A DNA stretch of 64,000 nucleotides from the human T2T-CHM13v2.0 reference genome, Homo sapiens (GCF_009914755.1 NC_060931.1), one strand, 5' to 3'; counted from the stretch's first letter, positions 27,436 through 44,008 are shown. Notes: a model not told the origin generated them from the letters alone. Translations and numbers: made by a program.

Positions 27436-29645
27436 AGAGAGCAGTGATGTAAGCAATCAGGAAAATAGAACCTTCCCTCGATGCTCCAAGGAAGAAGGGA
27501 TCTGATGTGGGTCACTATGTGCTTATGAAAGTGACGGAAAGGAGTCCTGAGGTTGAGGAAGGCCAGTCACTGCTGGCCTCAGCTTCTCTAATGGCTACCG
27601 AGGGATTAGACATTGCCTCCAGGCAGGTCAGAAACTCAAGGAAACTTCCCCACAGGTCACAGCAGCCTCCGGTATCTATTGGTGAACTGCTAAAGGCTAC
27701 TAAAAACCCTTTAGGTTCCAAACTCTGCATGTCAGCAGGCCACTGCCCCAATACACACTTCTCTGCCATCCAAATCTCCCACAGGAGTTTCTTACTGGTC
27801 GCATCCAAGACAAAGCTCTGTTAGGCAAGGGGTTCTGGGAAATGTAGTTCCTACACTGCCAGTCCCTGTGCTGTAGGAGAGATCATAGAATGAGGTAGGA
27901 ATGGGGCTGAGTGTCACAGACAGATATCTGGTACCCCAGCTGGGGAGCGAGGGACTATGATGGCAACGCAGGTGAACAAGAGGGAGGGGACGGCATGAAG
28001 ACAGATTCAGAAGTCATGGAGAGGAAGGTACACATCTGAAAGACACCTCAAAGGAAGAATTGAAAGATTAGATATGGGTTACTTTTTCTTTCCACACTAG
28101 TGAGTCAATATAATCTATAAATCAAGTCTCTTTAGCTCCTCTGCTGACTATCATGTTCTTTTTCCCTAGCTCTCCTGTAACAGGGAACAATACACCCTTT
28201 TTCTTGTAGTGCAAGAATAATGATTTGCTGGCAGAAGCTCCGTGAATCAGACTTTGCACTGAACATGTTATATTGTTTGGGAACCCAGCTAAATTTTTCC
28301 ATGACTGCTTTAAAAGTGATTTCCATTTAAAGCTAGGTGGAACAAATTCCTGCTGCTGGCTAAATCTTCTTTTTCTTTTCCAATGAACAGAATCTCATAA
28401 AAAGGACTATTGCTCTTTTGTACTTTTCTGTGATGCATTTTGTGTTGGGGTCTATGGAGGAAGCCATCTAAAACTACAGAGTGTTGTAAAAATACCCTCG
28501 TAATTCTACTAGAATTCAACTTTTTAATAGCTGTCTTTCTTCTCCTTTTATATCTCCTTTTCAATTATTTCTTTCCCTTTGGTACTCTGACAGACTAATG
28601 TTTCTGGGTCTTTCATAGACACCTACATCGACCAAATGGATCCATCTCCCACCTTTGAGATCCTCATTAAACTCTGGCAGAGTTTGGTGGCTACATGAAC
28701 TCAAACCCCAGACGTATGGAGAAAGAATCACTTTCAATAGAAAACCTAACATCACCAGTACTTACAATTCTGACTAATTTTTGTCATAAATAAATACAGT
28801 GGACATCATTTATGTCCATTTTGAGTCTGTATCTATGTTATATCACACTTTGCCTAATAATAATGCTGCTGTCAATTTAATGAGGGTTTTAGCTTACATA
28901 AATAACAAACATTCAGTTCAGTGGGGTTTATCTTAAACTGTACAGAGGTGCTTGTTTTATTATAATTCAACTGAATCAGAAACTTTCTTTCTCTCCACTT
29001 GCTCACACTGGCTTCTAACCAACTCACGTTTCTTTAATGACAAGTGCTAAATAAACTTCACCTGGGGACTGATCTGCCAATAAGGATAAAAAAAAGAATT
29101 GCCCCGGCTACCAAAGTATCATTGTTTCATCTCCAATGAAACATTCCCCTGTAAAACCATTTCTCTCTATGCAAGGACTTGGAGTAGGAATCCAGCCACA
29201 GAGGTCAGGGAAGGCCCCACCACCACCATCCCCACTGACTCAGAAAAGGATTAAAATATTTTAAAGAAGGAGGACCAGAGGACAAAACGTCAGCATGGTC
29301 AAGAAAAAGTGAGCAGAGCCATGAATCGAGTGATGAAGTTGTAGATTCATAGAAAACATGTAAAGGCTATCATATATGTAGAGGTAAAGTGTCACTCCTC
29401 GTTTTAAGGGTGAAGAAATGAGGCTTGCAGGAGTTAAGTGTCACACAGCAGATAGTGGCCAAGATAGTGGCCAAGCCAGGCTGAGTCCCATGTCCAAATC
29501 AGTGTACTGCTTGCTTCTCTGTGCACCTGTCATCTTTAGTGGTGGTGAATGGATGAGCAGTATTGAGGTTAATACCCTAAGAAATAACACAGCAATAATG
29601 CTCAAGTGTAATCTAGTAATAATAATGATTGGAAATCAACATTAC

Positions 29646-30135
29646 TGTAGTGACTTCAATTGTGTGCCCCAAAAAGATATGTCCAAGTTCTCATCCCTGG
29701 TACCTGTGAACATGACCTTACTTGGAAACAGGGTTTGTGCAGATGTAATGCAGTTAAGGATCTGCAGATTAAGATCATCCTGGACTTAGAAATCTACTCT
29801 AAATCCACTGACTGGAGTCCTCATGAGAGAAAGGAGAGAGAGCTTTGACACACAGAGAAGCAACTCATGTGAAGACCCATGTGAAGAGAGAGGAAGAGAT
29901 TGAAGTTCTGTGGTCACAAGACCAAGAATGCCAGGAGCCATGAGAAGCTGAAAGAGGCAACAAACCTCCTCCCCTGGAGCTGTGGAGGGAGTGCAGTCCT
30001 GCTGAGGCCTCCATTGTGGACTTCTGGCCTCCATTGTGGATTTCTGGCCTCCAGAGCTGTGAGCCAATACATTCTGTGGTTTTAGGCCATCAAGTTTGTG
30101 GTCAGTTGTTACAGCAGCTTTAGGAAACTAATACA
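29646..30135 (+). mobile_element. MaLR solo LTR (MLT1C-like)
   Basis: tgtagtgac...ccccaaaaagatatgtcc...tacctgtgaacatgaccttacttggaaa...gttacagcagctttaggaaactaataca; internal 20-bp tandem duplication near 30005-30050. Confidence 0.88.
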
Positions 30136-30334
30136 ACTATGAAAATACCCAATCTAAAAAGCAATCCAGGAAGAAATTTTTGTTGTCCTAGTGGTTTGTT
30201 GTTGTCATTGTTGATTTTAACAAAATCTAGCTCAAATAACAGTACTTTGAACTTTTCAGTTAGGAATAATTACACACGTAACGGCTCCCCTAAATGTTTT
30301 TTAGCCTAAAGACTCTGTCAACATTTAATATTAT

Positions 30335-30812
30335 ATAAAAGGCTCTGTCTACCTCCCCAGCCTCGTGTCCTCCCAGCCTTCCCCTTCCCCCAGTATTCCA
30401 GCCACACTGGTCTTCTCTTTGGTTCCAGAACATGCTAGGACCCTTCTCACCTCAGGCTTCTATGTGCTCCTCCTTTGGCTGGCACACTCCTCCCCCACCA
30501 TGCACCACCTCCCCAGTCAACATCAGCTCCAAAGTGCAACTCTACGGGAAGCCCTCCTGCCCCTTTATAATAGATCAGCCCCACACATACACTCTCTTTG
30601 TAAACTCTCCTAACACCCTTTCCCTCTTCTTCACAGTCATGATCATTGTTTGTAATTTTTCATTTATATTTCTGGATTGTCTGTCTTTCCTGCTGGACTG
30701 TCACTCTCTGACGGCAGGCACAGGACATTTTGCTCATCATGACATTTCATGGGTAGCATGATGCCTGGCATATAGCAGCCACTCATAAATATTTGGAAAA
30801 TAAGTGAGTGAT
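30335..30812 (+). mobile_element. L2 LINE 3' remnant
   Basis: tccagccacactggtcttc, gggaagccctcctg, tgcctggcatatagcagccactcataaatatttg. Confidence 0.75.
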
Positions 30813-31142
30813 AGTATTTAGCCTTGGATGGAGCTCTTGTCTGTTATTCAAACTTATAGCTGTTCTGTTTCCAACATATAAAATTGAAATTGTAGAAAAA
30901 TCTGTACATAGTCATAATTTGAAAATTAACTTATTTTAGTAATGTCTTAATTTTTCTCCTCTGAGTTTCTAAATGAATTCATGAAAGTTCTGCTCTGTCC
31001 CAAAGGCATTTCATAAATAAGTAAGCATAGCTAAAAGGGACTCAAACCTGTTACATTTCACCATGCCATCCGAGTTCATGGATAGGTGAATTTGCCCTAA
31101 TTAGTATTATCCATTTATATAATCAATAAGCATGTTGGGTAC

Positions 31143-31501
31143 CGTATTAGTCCATTTTCATGCTGCTAATAAAGACATATCCGAGACTGGGCAATTTACA
31201 AAAGAAAGAGGTTTAATGGACTCACAGTTCCATGTTGCTGGGGAGGCCCCACAATCATGGCAGAAGGTGAAAGTCACGTCTCACATGGTGGCAGACAAGA
31301 GAAGAGAGCTTGTGCAGGGAAACTTCTCTTTATAAAACCATCAAGATTCATGAGACTTATTCACTATCATGAGACTAGCACAGGAAAGACCCACCTCCAT
31401 GATTCAGTTACCTCCCACTGGGTCCCTCCCACAACACATGGGAATTGTGGGAGCTACAATTCAAGTTGAGATTTGGGTGGGGACACAGCCAAACCATATC
31501 A
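31143..31501 (-). mobile_element. THE1-type LTR (3' LTR of the hybrid provirus)
   Basis: gtattagtccattttcatgctgct...gatttgggtggggacacagccaaaccatatca; adjoined by the reverse-complement polypurine tract ttctgccccggcccctccc. Confidence 0.93.
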
Positions 31502-32929
31502 TTCTGCCCCGGCCCCTCCCAAATCTCTTGTCCTCTCATTTCAAAACCAATTATGCCTTCCCAACAGTCCCCCAAAGTCTTAACTCATTTCAGCATTAAC
31601 TCAAAAGTCCACAGTCCAAAGTCTTATCTGAGACAATATAAGTCCCTTCTGCCTATGAGCCAGTAAAACCAAAAGCAAGTTAGTTACACCCTAGATACAA
31701 TGAGGGTGCAGGCATTAGATAAATACATCATTCCAAATCGGAGAAATTGGCCAGACTGAAGAAGCTAAAGGCCCTATGCAAGTCCAAAATCCAGCAGGGC
31801 TGTCAAATCTTAAAGCTCCAAAAGATCTCCTTTGACTCCAGGTCTCACATCCGGGTCACACTGATGGTGGGCTCTCACAGCCTTGGGCAGCTCTGTCCCT
31901 GTGGCTTTGCAGGCTATAGTCTCCCTCCTGACTGCTTTCATGGGCTGGCATTGGGTGTCTACAGCTCTTCCAGGTGCATGGTAGTTCTCCATGAGCACCC
32001 CGCCCCTGCAGCAAATTTCTGCCTGGACATCCAGGCATTTCCATACATCTTCTGAAATCTAGGTGGAGGGTCTCAAACCTCAGTTATTGACTTCTGTATA
32101 CCTTCAGGCTCAATACCATGTGGAAGCTGCCAGGACTTGGGGCTTGCACCCTCTGAAACCATTGTCCAACCTGTACCTTGACCCCTTTTAGTCACACCTG
32201 GAGCGGCTGGGATGCAGGACACCAATTCCCTAGACTGCATACAGCACAGGGACCCTGGGGCCACCCCACGAAACCATTTTTCTCTCCTAGGCCTCTGGGC
32301 CTGTGATGGGAGGGACTGCCACAAAGATCTCTTACATGTCCTGGAGACATTTTCCCCATAGTCTTGGTGAATAACTCGGCTCCTCATTACTTATCCAAAT
32401 CTCTGCAGCCAGCTTGAATATCTCCTCAGAAAATAGGATTTTTTTTTCTATCACATTGTCAGGCTGCAAATTTTCCAAACTTTTATATTCTGATTCTCTT
32501 TTTAAACTGAATGCCTTTAAGAGCACCCAAGTCACCTCTTCAATGTTTTTCTGCTTAGATATTTTTTCTACCAGATACTCTGAATCATCTCTCTCAAGTT
32601 CAAAGTTCCACAAATCTCTATGGCAGGGGCAAAATGCTGTCAGTCTCTTTGCTAAAGCATAAAAAGAATCACCTTTGCTCCAGTTCCCAACAAGTTCCTC
32701 ATTCCATCTGAGACTACCTCTGCCTGGATTTTACTGTCCATATCATTATCAGCATTTTGGTCAAAGCCATTCAGCAAGTCTCTAGGGAGTTCCAAACTTT
32801 CCCACATTTTCCTGTCTTCTTTTGAGCCCTCCAAACTATTCCAACCTCTGCCTGTTACCCAGTTCCAAAATTGCTTCCACATTTTTTGGTATCTTTTCAG
32901 TAGGGCTCCACTCTACTTGTGCCAAAATC
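31502..32929 (-). mobile_element. THE1 (MaLR) internal region with an internal deletion near 31983
   Basis: Continuous THE1-int motifs (cagcattaactcaaaagtccacagtcc, ctttgactccaggtctcacatcc, agttcccaacaagttcctc, gttccaaactttcccacattttcc); minus-strand ORF fragments with MaLR gag-like text WESLELPRDLLNGFDQNAD. Confidence 0.92.
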
Positions 32930-33375
32930 TGTATTAGGGTTCTCTAGAGGGACAGAACTGATAGGATAGACATATATATAAAGGGAATTTATTAAGAGTA
33001 TTGACTCACATGATCATAAGGTGAGATCCCACAATAGGCCACCTGCAAGCTGAGGGGCAAGGAAGCAAGTCCAAGTCCCAAAGCTAAAGAACTTTGGGTC
33101 CAATGTTCAAGGGCAGGAAGTAGCCAGCACAAGAGAAAAATATAGACCAGAAGACTAAGCCAGTCTAGTCTTTCCACGTTCTTCTGCCTGCTTTTATTTT
33201 GGCTATGCTGGCAGGTGATTAGATTGTATCTACCCAGATTGAGGGTGGATCTGCCTTCCCCAGTCCATTGACTCAAATGTTAGTCTCCTTTGGCAGCACC
33301 CTCACAGACATACCCAGGAACAACACTTTGCATCCTTCAATCCAATCAAGTTGACACTCAGTATTAACCATCACA
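32930..33375 (-). mobile_element. MLT2A (ERV-L/HERV-L) LTR acting as the 5' LTR of the hybrid provirus
   Basis: tgtattagggttctctagagggacagaact ... caatccaatcaagttgacactcagtattaaccatcaca; followed by TSD ggtac. Confidence 0.93.
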
Positions 33376-33718
33376 GGTACCTAATAGATTCCAAAGATTG
33401 TATTTTAAAATATGTTTTAATCTATAGAAGAGAAAAAGAAGATAACAAGAACAGTAATGAGAGGTAAATCACAGTGAGGCTGGGTGGCGGTAAAGGAACA
33501 TTTCCAGAGGCAGTCACTCTTGAGCTGAGTCTTAAAGAGTAGGAGAAAGTGAGTAAAGAAAGCCATGAAGGTTGTTTTAGGTCAGGGTTTCTTATTTTTG
33601 ACATTTTTCACAGAATAATTCTTTGTTGTCAGGGGCTGTCCTGTGTGTTTTAGGATCTTAACAGCATCCCTGGCCTCTGTCCATGAGGTGCTAGTGTGAC
33701 AACCAAAATGTCTCCTGA

Positions 33719-33974
33719 AGATTTCTCAATGAACTGAAAACAGAACTGCAGTTTGATACAGCAATCCTACTACTGGGCGTCTACTCAGAATAAAAGAAAT
33801 CATTATATAAAAAGGATGCCTGCACTTGTATGCTTATTGCAGCACTATTCACAATAGCAAAGATATGGAATCACCGTAAGTGTCTAATGGATGATTGGAT
33901 AAAGACAATGTGGTGTATATATGTGTGTGTGTGTGTATATATATGTGTGTGTGTGTGCTGTGTATATATATATG

Positions 33975-34014
<40 letters not shown>

Positions 34015-34388
34015 CCATGGAATACTACTCAGCCATAAACAAGAATGAAATCATGTCTTTTGGAGCAACATGAATGGAATTGGAGGTCATTATGTTAAAT
34101 GAAATAACTCAGAAGCAGAAAGCCAAATACCTCATGTTCTCACTTATAAGTAGGAGCTAAATGATGTGCACATATGGTCATAGAGCATGGAATAATAGAC
34201 ACTGGAGGCTCAGAAAGGGAGGAGGGTGGGAAGGGGAATGAGAAATTATCTAATGGGTACAATGTACACTATTTGGGTGATAGTTATCCTAAAAGCCAGA
34301 CTTCCCCACTGTACAATATATCTGTATAACAATACTGCACTTTTACCCCCTAAATCTATAAAAATTTAAAAATTTTAAAAAACGAAAA
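33719..34388 (+). mobile_element. 5'-truncated L1PB-type element with 15-bp TSD
   Basis: L1 3' end (ttattgcagcactattcacaatagcaaag, aatgggtacaatgtacactatttgggtgat); TSD caaaatgtc(t/a)cctga at 33704-33718 and 34389-34403. Confidence 0.9.
33913..34015. repeat. Compound (TG)n/(TA)n/(CA)n microsatellite
   Basis: Read directly; expanded at the tggtatatatac site of the L1. Confidence 0.95.
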
Positions 34389-34559
34389 CAAAATGTCACC
34401 TGACATTGCAAAATATCTCCCCTGGAATGCACCTTCTTCCCAGTTAAGAACCACTGGTGGGGGCAGAGGAAGGAGCCTATCTGCAGTTGGGGGTGTCTGA
34501 GTTACTGCAGCATGTCCAGGTAGCTCTAGGAGAGTGCCCGGGAGGGAGATAGGAGAGAA

Positions 34560-34790
34560 AGTAAAACACTGCTCTTACACAGGGGGTTTCATGTCTTATG
34601 CTGGGGAGTGTGGAATTTCATCCTGAAAGCACTTATGCAGAATCAAAGGATCTTAAGTAGGAAGTGGACATGGGCTAATTTGTGCTTAAGAAAAATCACT
34701 CTGGTCACAGTGGAAAGGAAGGATCGAATGGAGATCAGAATGAATTTGAAAGAATTGAATGTAATCCAGAAGAGAAATGATTCATGGGGA
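34560..34790 (-). mobile_element. L2 remnant
   Basis: ggagtgtggaatttcatcctgaaagc, aaaatcactctggtcacagtgg, gtaatccagaagagaaatgat. Confidence 0.6.
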
Positions 34791-36134
34791 CAGAAAGGAA
34801 AGGAAAGGGAAGATAGAAAGGTACTCACATCACATCTCTAAGACCTTGTCTAGAATGGGATCTAGATTCTTGGTTTGGATGATCAGAAAGTAGAATCATA
34901 AATCTTCTCCAAAATCCACTTGGAAATTAGCCCTCATGACTTTATGAAAAAAAAAATCAAACCCTTGAACTCAGAAAAATTACTTGTAAAGTTGGTTAAG
35001 CATAATCTAGGTGACCTCATGATGTAATAAATAAAAATAGCCACTACCTCCGGCTTCAAATTCAATTAGGCCTTCAGCAAAGATTATTTCAGCAAATTGT
35101 CAAAAATATTAGTTTTTAATCAATGTATTAGAAAACTGTAGTAAATTTTCACCCCCTGCCCCCAAGCAATGTCTAGACAAGTGAGACAGAGAGACAAAAT
35201 GAGTAATTGAGGCCATTTTTCTTGCCTGATTGTTCAGAAAATTGCCTCATTTCTTTGCTTTATTTTCTGAGTCCACATAATGATAACAGAAAAAGTTGTA
35301 TGTGTGGATATTTTTTACAATCTGAATCTTTGACAGTGTTGAGAGAGGTAATCGCCAACAAACACACTATCACAGCATTTGCCAGATCCTCTGTTTTCTT
35401 TCAGGCTTTTGTCAGTATCTAAGGCAAGTCCTTTGTGTGAGAACTGACTAGATAAAACGTCATGAGCACCTCCTGTGAGGGAAAGACCGAGACTGAGATC
35501 TCAGTCATAAAGAGACTCCCCAGCTACAGGTGCTATAAGGTGTGCAAAGGCAATTAACAATTTGGGGCAAAGCGCAATTTTCATAGACTCTGTTTTGCAA
35601 AAAAAAAGACCCTACGCTACCTATTTCACAAAGTTATTCACATTTCTAGCTCATGAGGAACACAGGATATTCAGGCCCTGCTAAAGGATATGAATAGGTC
35701 ATCCAGGTTTTGATTAAGAGATTGTTTGAACAAGTCCCAAGTGGGAATAATTCAAATTAAAGCAAGAATGTGTCAATACATCTGAAATGTTGAAGAATGC
35801 AAAAATAGTATTTATACATAAATATAAAATATAAATGGAATTTTTATGTGTTGATCAATTATGTATTTTTAAATATTTGGCTTCAATAACAATATAAGAA
35901 AAATGAAATTCCTACTAATCCATAGAATAATGTGTACTTTCTTTTAAGAAATCACCAACCTTAAAATCACTAAAATATGATACATTTAACAAAATGGTAG
36001 ATTTTAAATTATAAACCAAACTGAATTCAGAAAGTAAAAATTATGATACACAGTTTATATTGGTCAAAGTTGCCATTAATTGTTTATTATCATTAAAAAT
36101 AAATACATATGTTTCACTTCACATGTGTTACACA

Positions 36135-36300
36135 GGTGCTTAATATTTTATTAATATAAATGCATAATTCATTTGCTCTTCACAACCACAAAAACTAGAT
36201 ACATGATTATTCCCATTTTGCAGATAAGGAAATTAACACCCAAGTGAAATACTTTACCAAAGGTCACATAGGTAGTAAGTAACAACTGTGTGATCAGAGG
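36135..36300 (-). mobile_element. MIR SINE remnant
   Basis: attattcccattttgcagataaggaaat...aaggtcacataggtagtaagt. Confidence 0.75.
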
Positions 36301-36858
36301 AGAGCATTATCTCCAAACTTCGTGAGAGACACATATAAGCAATTAGTCCCTTACAGACTAAGAAATTTTGATACAGACAATTTGTTGCAGATTCATAAGA
36401 TAGTACAGCCAGTTCTGTGAATCACAGTGTTATATTTATTTCCACATATTCTATGTTAATAATATAATTTTTAATTCCATGTATTTTAAGTTTTCATTCA
36501 ATAACTGCTATAAGTATATGCAGCTCTGAGAACAAGGGGGAAGAGAATAATTTCAGCCATTTAAAAATAGCTTTTATATTTAGATTTAAATATTTCAGTT
36601 GCATTTCTTTTTTTTTTTTTTTTACTTTTTACTTTTCTTTTTTTTTTTTTTTTATTATACTCTAAGTTTTAGGGTACATGTGCACATTGTGCAGGTTAGT
36701 TACATATGTATACATGTGCCATGCTGGTGTGCTGCACCCACTAACGTGTCATCTAGCATTAGGTATATCTCCCAATGCTATCCCTCCCCCCTCCCCCGAC
36801 CCCACCACAGTCCCCAGAGTGTGATATTCCCCTTCCTGTGTCCATGTGATCTCATTGT

Positions 36859-40709
<3,851 letters not shown>

Positions 40710-40748
40710 TCATTAGTTGATGCAGTTTCTTCCTAGTCTCGATGGTCT

Positions 40749-41764
40749 TTACATTTTGGCATGATTTTGCAGCGGCTGGTACCGGTTGTTCCTTTCCATG
40801 TTTAGCGCTTCCTTCAGGAGCTCTTTTAGGGCAGGCCTGGTGGTGACAAAATCTCTCAGCATTTGCTTGTCTATAAAGTATTTTATTTCTCCTTCACTTA
40901 TGAAGCTTAGTTTGGCTGGATATGAAATTCTGGGTTGAAAATTCTTTTCTTTAAGAATGTTGAATATTGGCCCCCACTCTCTTCTGGCTTGTAGGGTTTC
41001 TGCCGAGAGATCCGCTGTTAGTCTGATGGGCTTTCCTTTGAGGGTAACCCGACCTTTCTCTCTGGCTGCCCTTAACTTTTTTCCTTCATTTCAACTTTGG
41101 TGAATCTGACAATTATGTGTCTTGGAGTTGCTCTTCTCGAGGAGTATCTTTGTGGCGTTCTCTGTATTTCCTGAATCTGAACGTTGGCCTGCCTTGCTAG
41201 ATTGGGGAAGTTCTCCTGGATAATATCCTGCAGAGTGTTTTCCAACTTGGTTCCATTCTCCACATCACTTTCAGGTACACCAATCAGACGTAGATTTGGC
41301 CTTTTCACATAGTCCCATATTTCTTGGAGGCTTTGCTCATTTCTTTTTATTCTTTTTTCTCTAAACTTCCCTTCTCGCTTCATTTCATTCATTTCATCTT
41401 CCATCGGTGATACCCTTTCTTCCAGTTGATCGCATCAGCTCCTGAGGCTTCTGCATTCTTCACGTAGTTCTCGAGCCTTGGTTTTCAGCTCCATCAGCTC
41501 CTTTAAGCACTTCTCTGTATTGGTTATTCTAGTTATACATTCTTCTAAATTTTTTTCAAAGTTTTCAACTTCTTTGCCTTTGGTTTGAATGTCCTCCCGT
41601 AGCTCAGAGTAATTTGATCGTCTGAAGCCTTCTTCTCTCAGCTCGTCAAAATCATTCTCCATCCAGCTTTGTTCTGTTGCTGGTGAGGAACTGCGTTCCT
41701 TTGGAGGAGGAGAGGCGCTCTGCATTTTAGAGTTTCCAGTTTTTCTGTTCTGTTTTTTCCCCAT
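40749..41764 (-). pseudogene. L1 ORF1 (RNA-binding chaperone), inactivated
   Basis: MGKKQNRKTGNSK... start; premature TGA at 41435; 1-nt deletion near 41077 (KEKS* instead of KEKML). Confidence 0.93.
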
Positions 41765-42671
41765 CTTTGCGGTTTTATCTACTTTTGGTCTTTGATGATG
41801 GTGATGTACAGATGGGTTTTCGGTGTAGATGTCCTTTCTGGTTGTTAGTTTTCCTTCTAACAGACAGGACCCTCAGGTGCAGGTCTGTTGGAATACCCTG
41901 CCGTGTGAGGTGTCAGTGTGCCCCTGCTGGGGGGTGCCTCCCAGTTAGGCTGCTCGGGGGTCAGGGGTCAGGGACCCACTTGAGGAGGCAGTCTGCCCGT
42001 TCTCAGATCGCCAGCTGCGTGCTGGGAGAACCACTGCTCTCTTCAAAGCTGTCAGACAGGGACACTTAAGTCTGCAGAGGTTACTGCTGTCTTTTTGTTT
42101 GTCTGTGCCCTGCCCCCAGAGGTGGAGCCTACAGAGGCAGGCAGGCCTCCTTGAGCTGTGGTGGGCTCCACCCAGTTGGAGCTTCCCGGCTGCTTTGTTT
42201 ACCTAAGCAAGCCTGGGCAATGGCGGGCGCCCCTCCCCCAGCCTCGTTGCCGCCTTGCAGTTTGATCTCAGACTGCTGTGCTAGCAATCAGCGAGATTCC
42301 GTAGGCGTAGGACCCTCTGAGCCAGGTGTGGGATATAGTCTCGTGGTGCGCCGTTTCTTAAGCCGGTCTGAAAACTGCAATATTCGGGTGGGAGTGACCC
42401 GATTTTCCAGGTGCGTCCCTCACCCCTTTCTTTGACTCGGAAAGGGAACTCCCTGACCCCTTGCGCTTCCCAGGTGAGGCAATGCCTCGCCCTGCTTCGG
42501 CTCGCACACGGTGCGCACACACACTGGCCTGCGCCCACTGTCTGGCACTCCCTAGTGAGATGAACCCGGTACCTCAGATGGAAATGCAGAAATCACCCGT
42601 CTTCTGCGTCGCTCACGCTGGGAGCTGTAGACCGGAGCTGTTCCTATTCGGCCATCTTGGCTCCTCCTCCC
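41765..42671. promoter_or_regulatory. CpG-rich L1 5' UTR (internal sense promoter and antisense promoter) with intact YY1 site
   Basis: The most CpG-dense tract of the window; YY1 motif AAGATGGCC on the minus strand at about 42650-42658. Confidence 0.85.
42220..42435 (+). CDS. ORF0: LINE-1 antisense ORF0, intact 71-aa frame (expression from this copy not shown)
   Basis: gcaATGG start; MAGAPPPASLPPCSLISDCCASNQRDSVGVGPSEPGVGYSLVVRRFLSRSENCNIRVGVTRFSRCVPHPFL*. Confidence 0.8.
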   Translation: MAGAPPPASLPPCSLISDCCASNQRDSVGVGPSEPGVGYSLVVRRFLSRSENCNIRVGVTRFSRCVPHPFL

Positions 42672-43929
42672 TTCAGTTGCATTTCAAGTATCTTTTTCTG
42701 CTAAGAATTTGGCCTGTCTGAATTTCAAAAGGCATTTGGGCTTCAAACTTTAGTTAATGGTAAAAAAAAAAATAACTAAATATTTAATTTCCTGAAATAG
42801 TTCCAAATTACAGAAACAGAGAGAAAGCTTAAATACCATAGAACAAAAATTCATAGAATAGAATTTATGAATCATGATTCATACACAAAAGACCAAACCT
42901 CTCAATGAATAACTGTATTGTTGACAGTTTGGGAGGAATTTTAATTTTGTTTTTTTTTCTCAAATAGTGAGATCAGAGTCGGAAAAGCCTTAACATCTCC
43001 ATATTAGAGATTCTGTAACTCACATCACTTATGCCAGGCTCCAGCTACGTACTCTGAAAAGTATATTAAATCAGAATGAAAATTGTTCAGTAAAATTTCT
43101 CCTAGAGGTATAGTAAATATGATTGATTTAATACATCATTGAGATTCTACTGGAAAAATGGCATAAAACAGCAACATTCTGTTGCCATTTTATAACTTTC
43201 ATTTTTGTAAAGTGACCATTAGCATAATATAGTAATATCATTATGACAATCTGCACAGATGAAAATATCTCAAGGCCAATATTACATTTTCATCAAGTAA
43301 ATGACCATGTGTTTCAATAAACACAATTATGAATGTTAATATACCAACAGATGGAGTATTTTCATTTCTCAGCATCATTGTTTGTAGGGGAAAACAAATT
43401 AATCATCTTTGAGATAACAGGAGTGTAGACTTTTAGAACATGATCTGTTTCACTACAACTATTCTTGGTTTGCTGAATAAGAGTCAGGATTTTACTCCAG
43501 ACTGTCCTCATCTGAGGTCATCTTATCTGTCCCCTTCTGAAGTAATCTTGTCATTACGTAAATACCTATGCAGCATTATCAATTTAGAGCCAGATAATTT
43601 AAGATGAATCACATCTTTATTTTGATAAGTATCCACAGGACACCCATTTGTACAGTAGAAACATGCAAAGAAACCTCTTCCTCCTGCCTGTTCTATTGGC
43701 TTGGACAATTCCTGAATAAGCTGTTCTCCAGCCCTGCACACCTGCAAGCAGGCCAGGGACTCTGTGGACCCAGCCATGCCCTTTCTGTCACCAAGGCCAC
43801 ATTTGTGGTCAGGAGGCAAGTGAGATGGTCATCACTTTCACTTAAGTCCTTTTTAGCAATAGGCATGTTAGGCATGGGAATGGATGTGCAAGCGAAATGG
43901 ACACAAACCAAAAATGGAAGAGGCAACCT

Positions 43930-44008
43930 GTCTATGGCCTTACCATCCCGAATATGCCTGATCTCAGAAGCTAAGCAGGGTTGGTTTGGCTAGTACATGG
44001 ATGGGAGA
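43930..44008 (+). pseudogene. 5S rRNA pseudogene, 3'-truncated, with a ~10-nt internal deletion
   Basis: gtctatggccttaccatcccgaatatgcctgatctcagaagctaagcagggttgg...tagtacatggatgggaga is colinear with 5S nt 1 to about 90. Confidence 0.88.

Larger units (their letters stand above)
33583..34456 (+). mobile_element. MER20 (hAT) DNA transposon split by an L1 insertion
   Basis: ataattctttgttg..ggggctgtcctgtg...cagcatccctggcctct...gtgacaaccaaaatgtctcc, resuming after the L1 as gacattgcaaaat...cagttaagaaccactg. Confidence 0.85.

Noticed and set aside
28132-28755. Three abutting minus-strand ORFs as a decayed processed pseudogene
   Set aside because: No recognisable protein similarity, poly(A) or TSD; two of the three lack ATG starts
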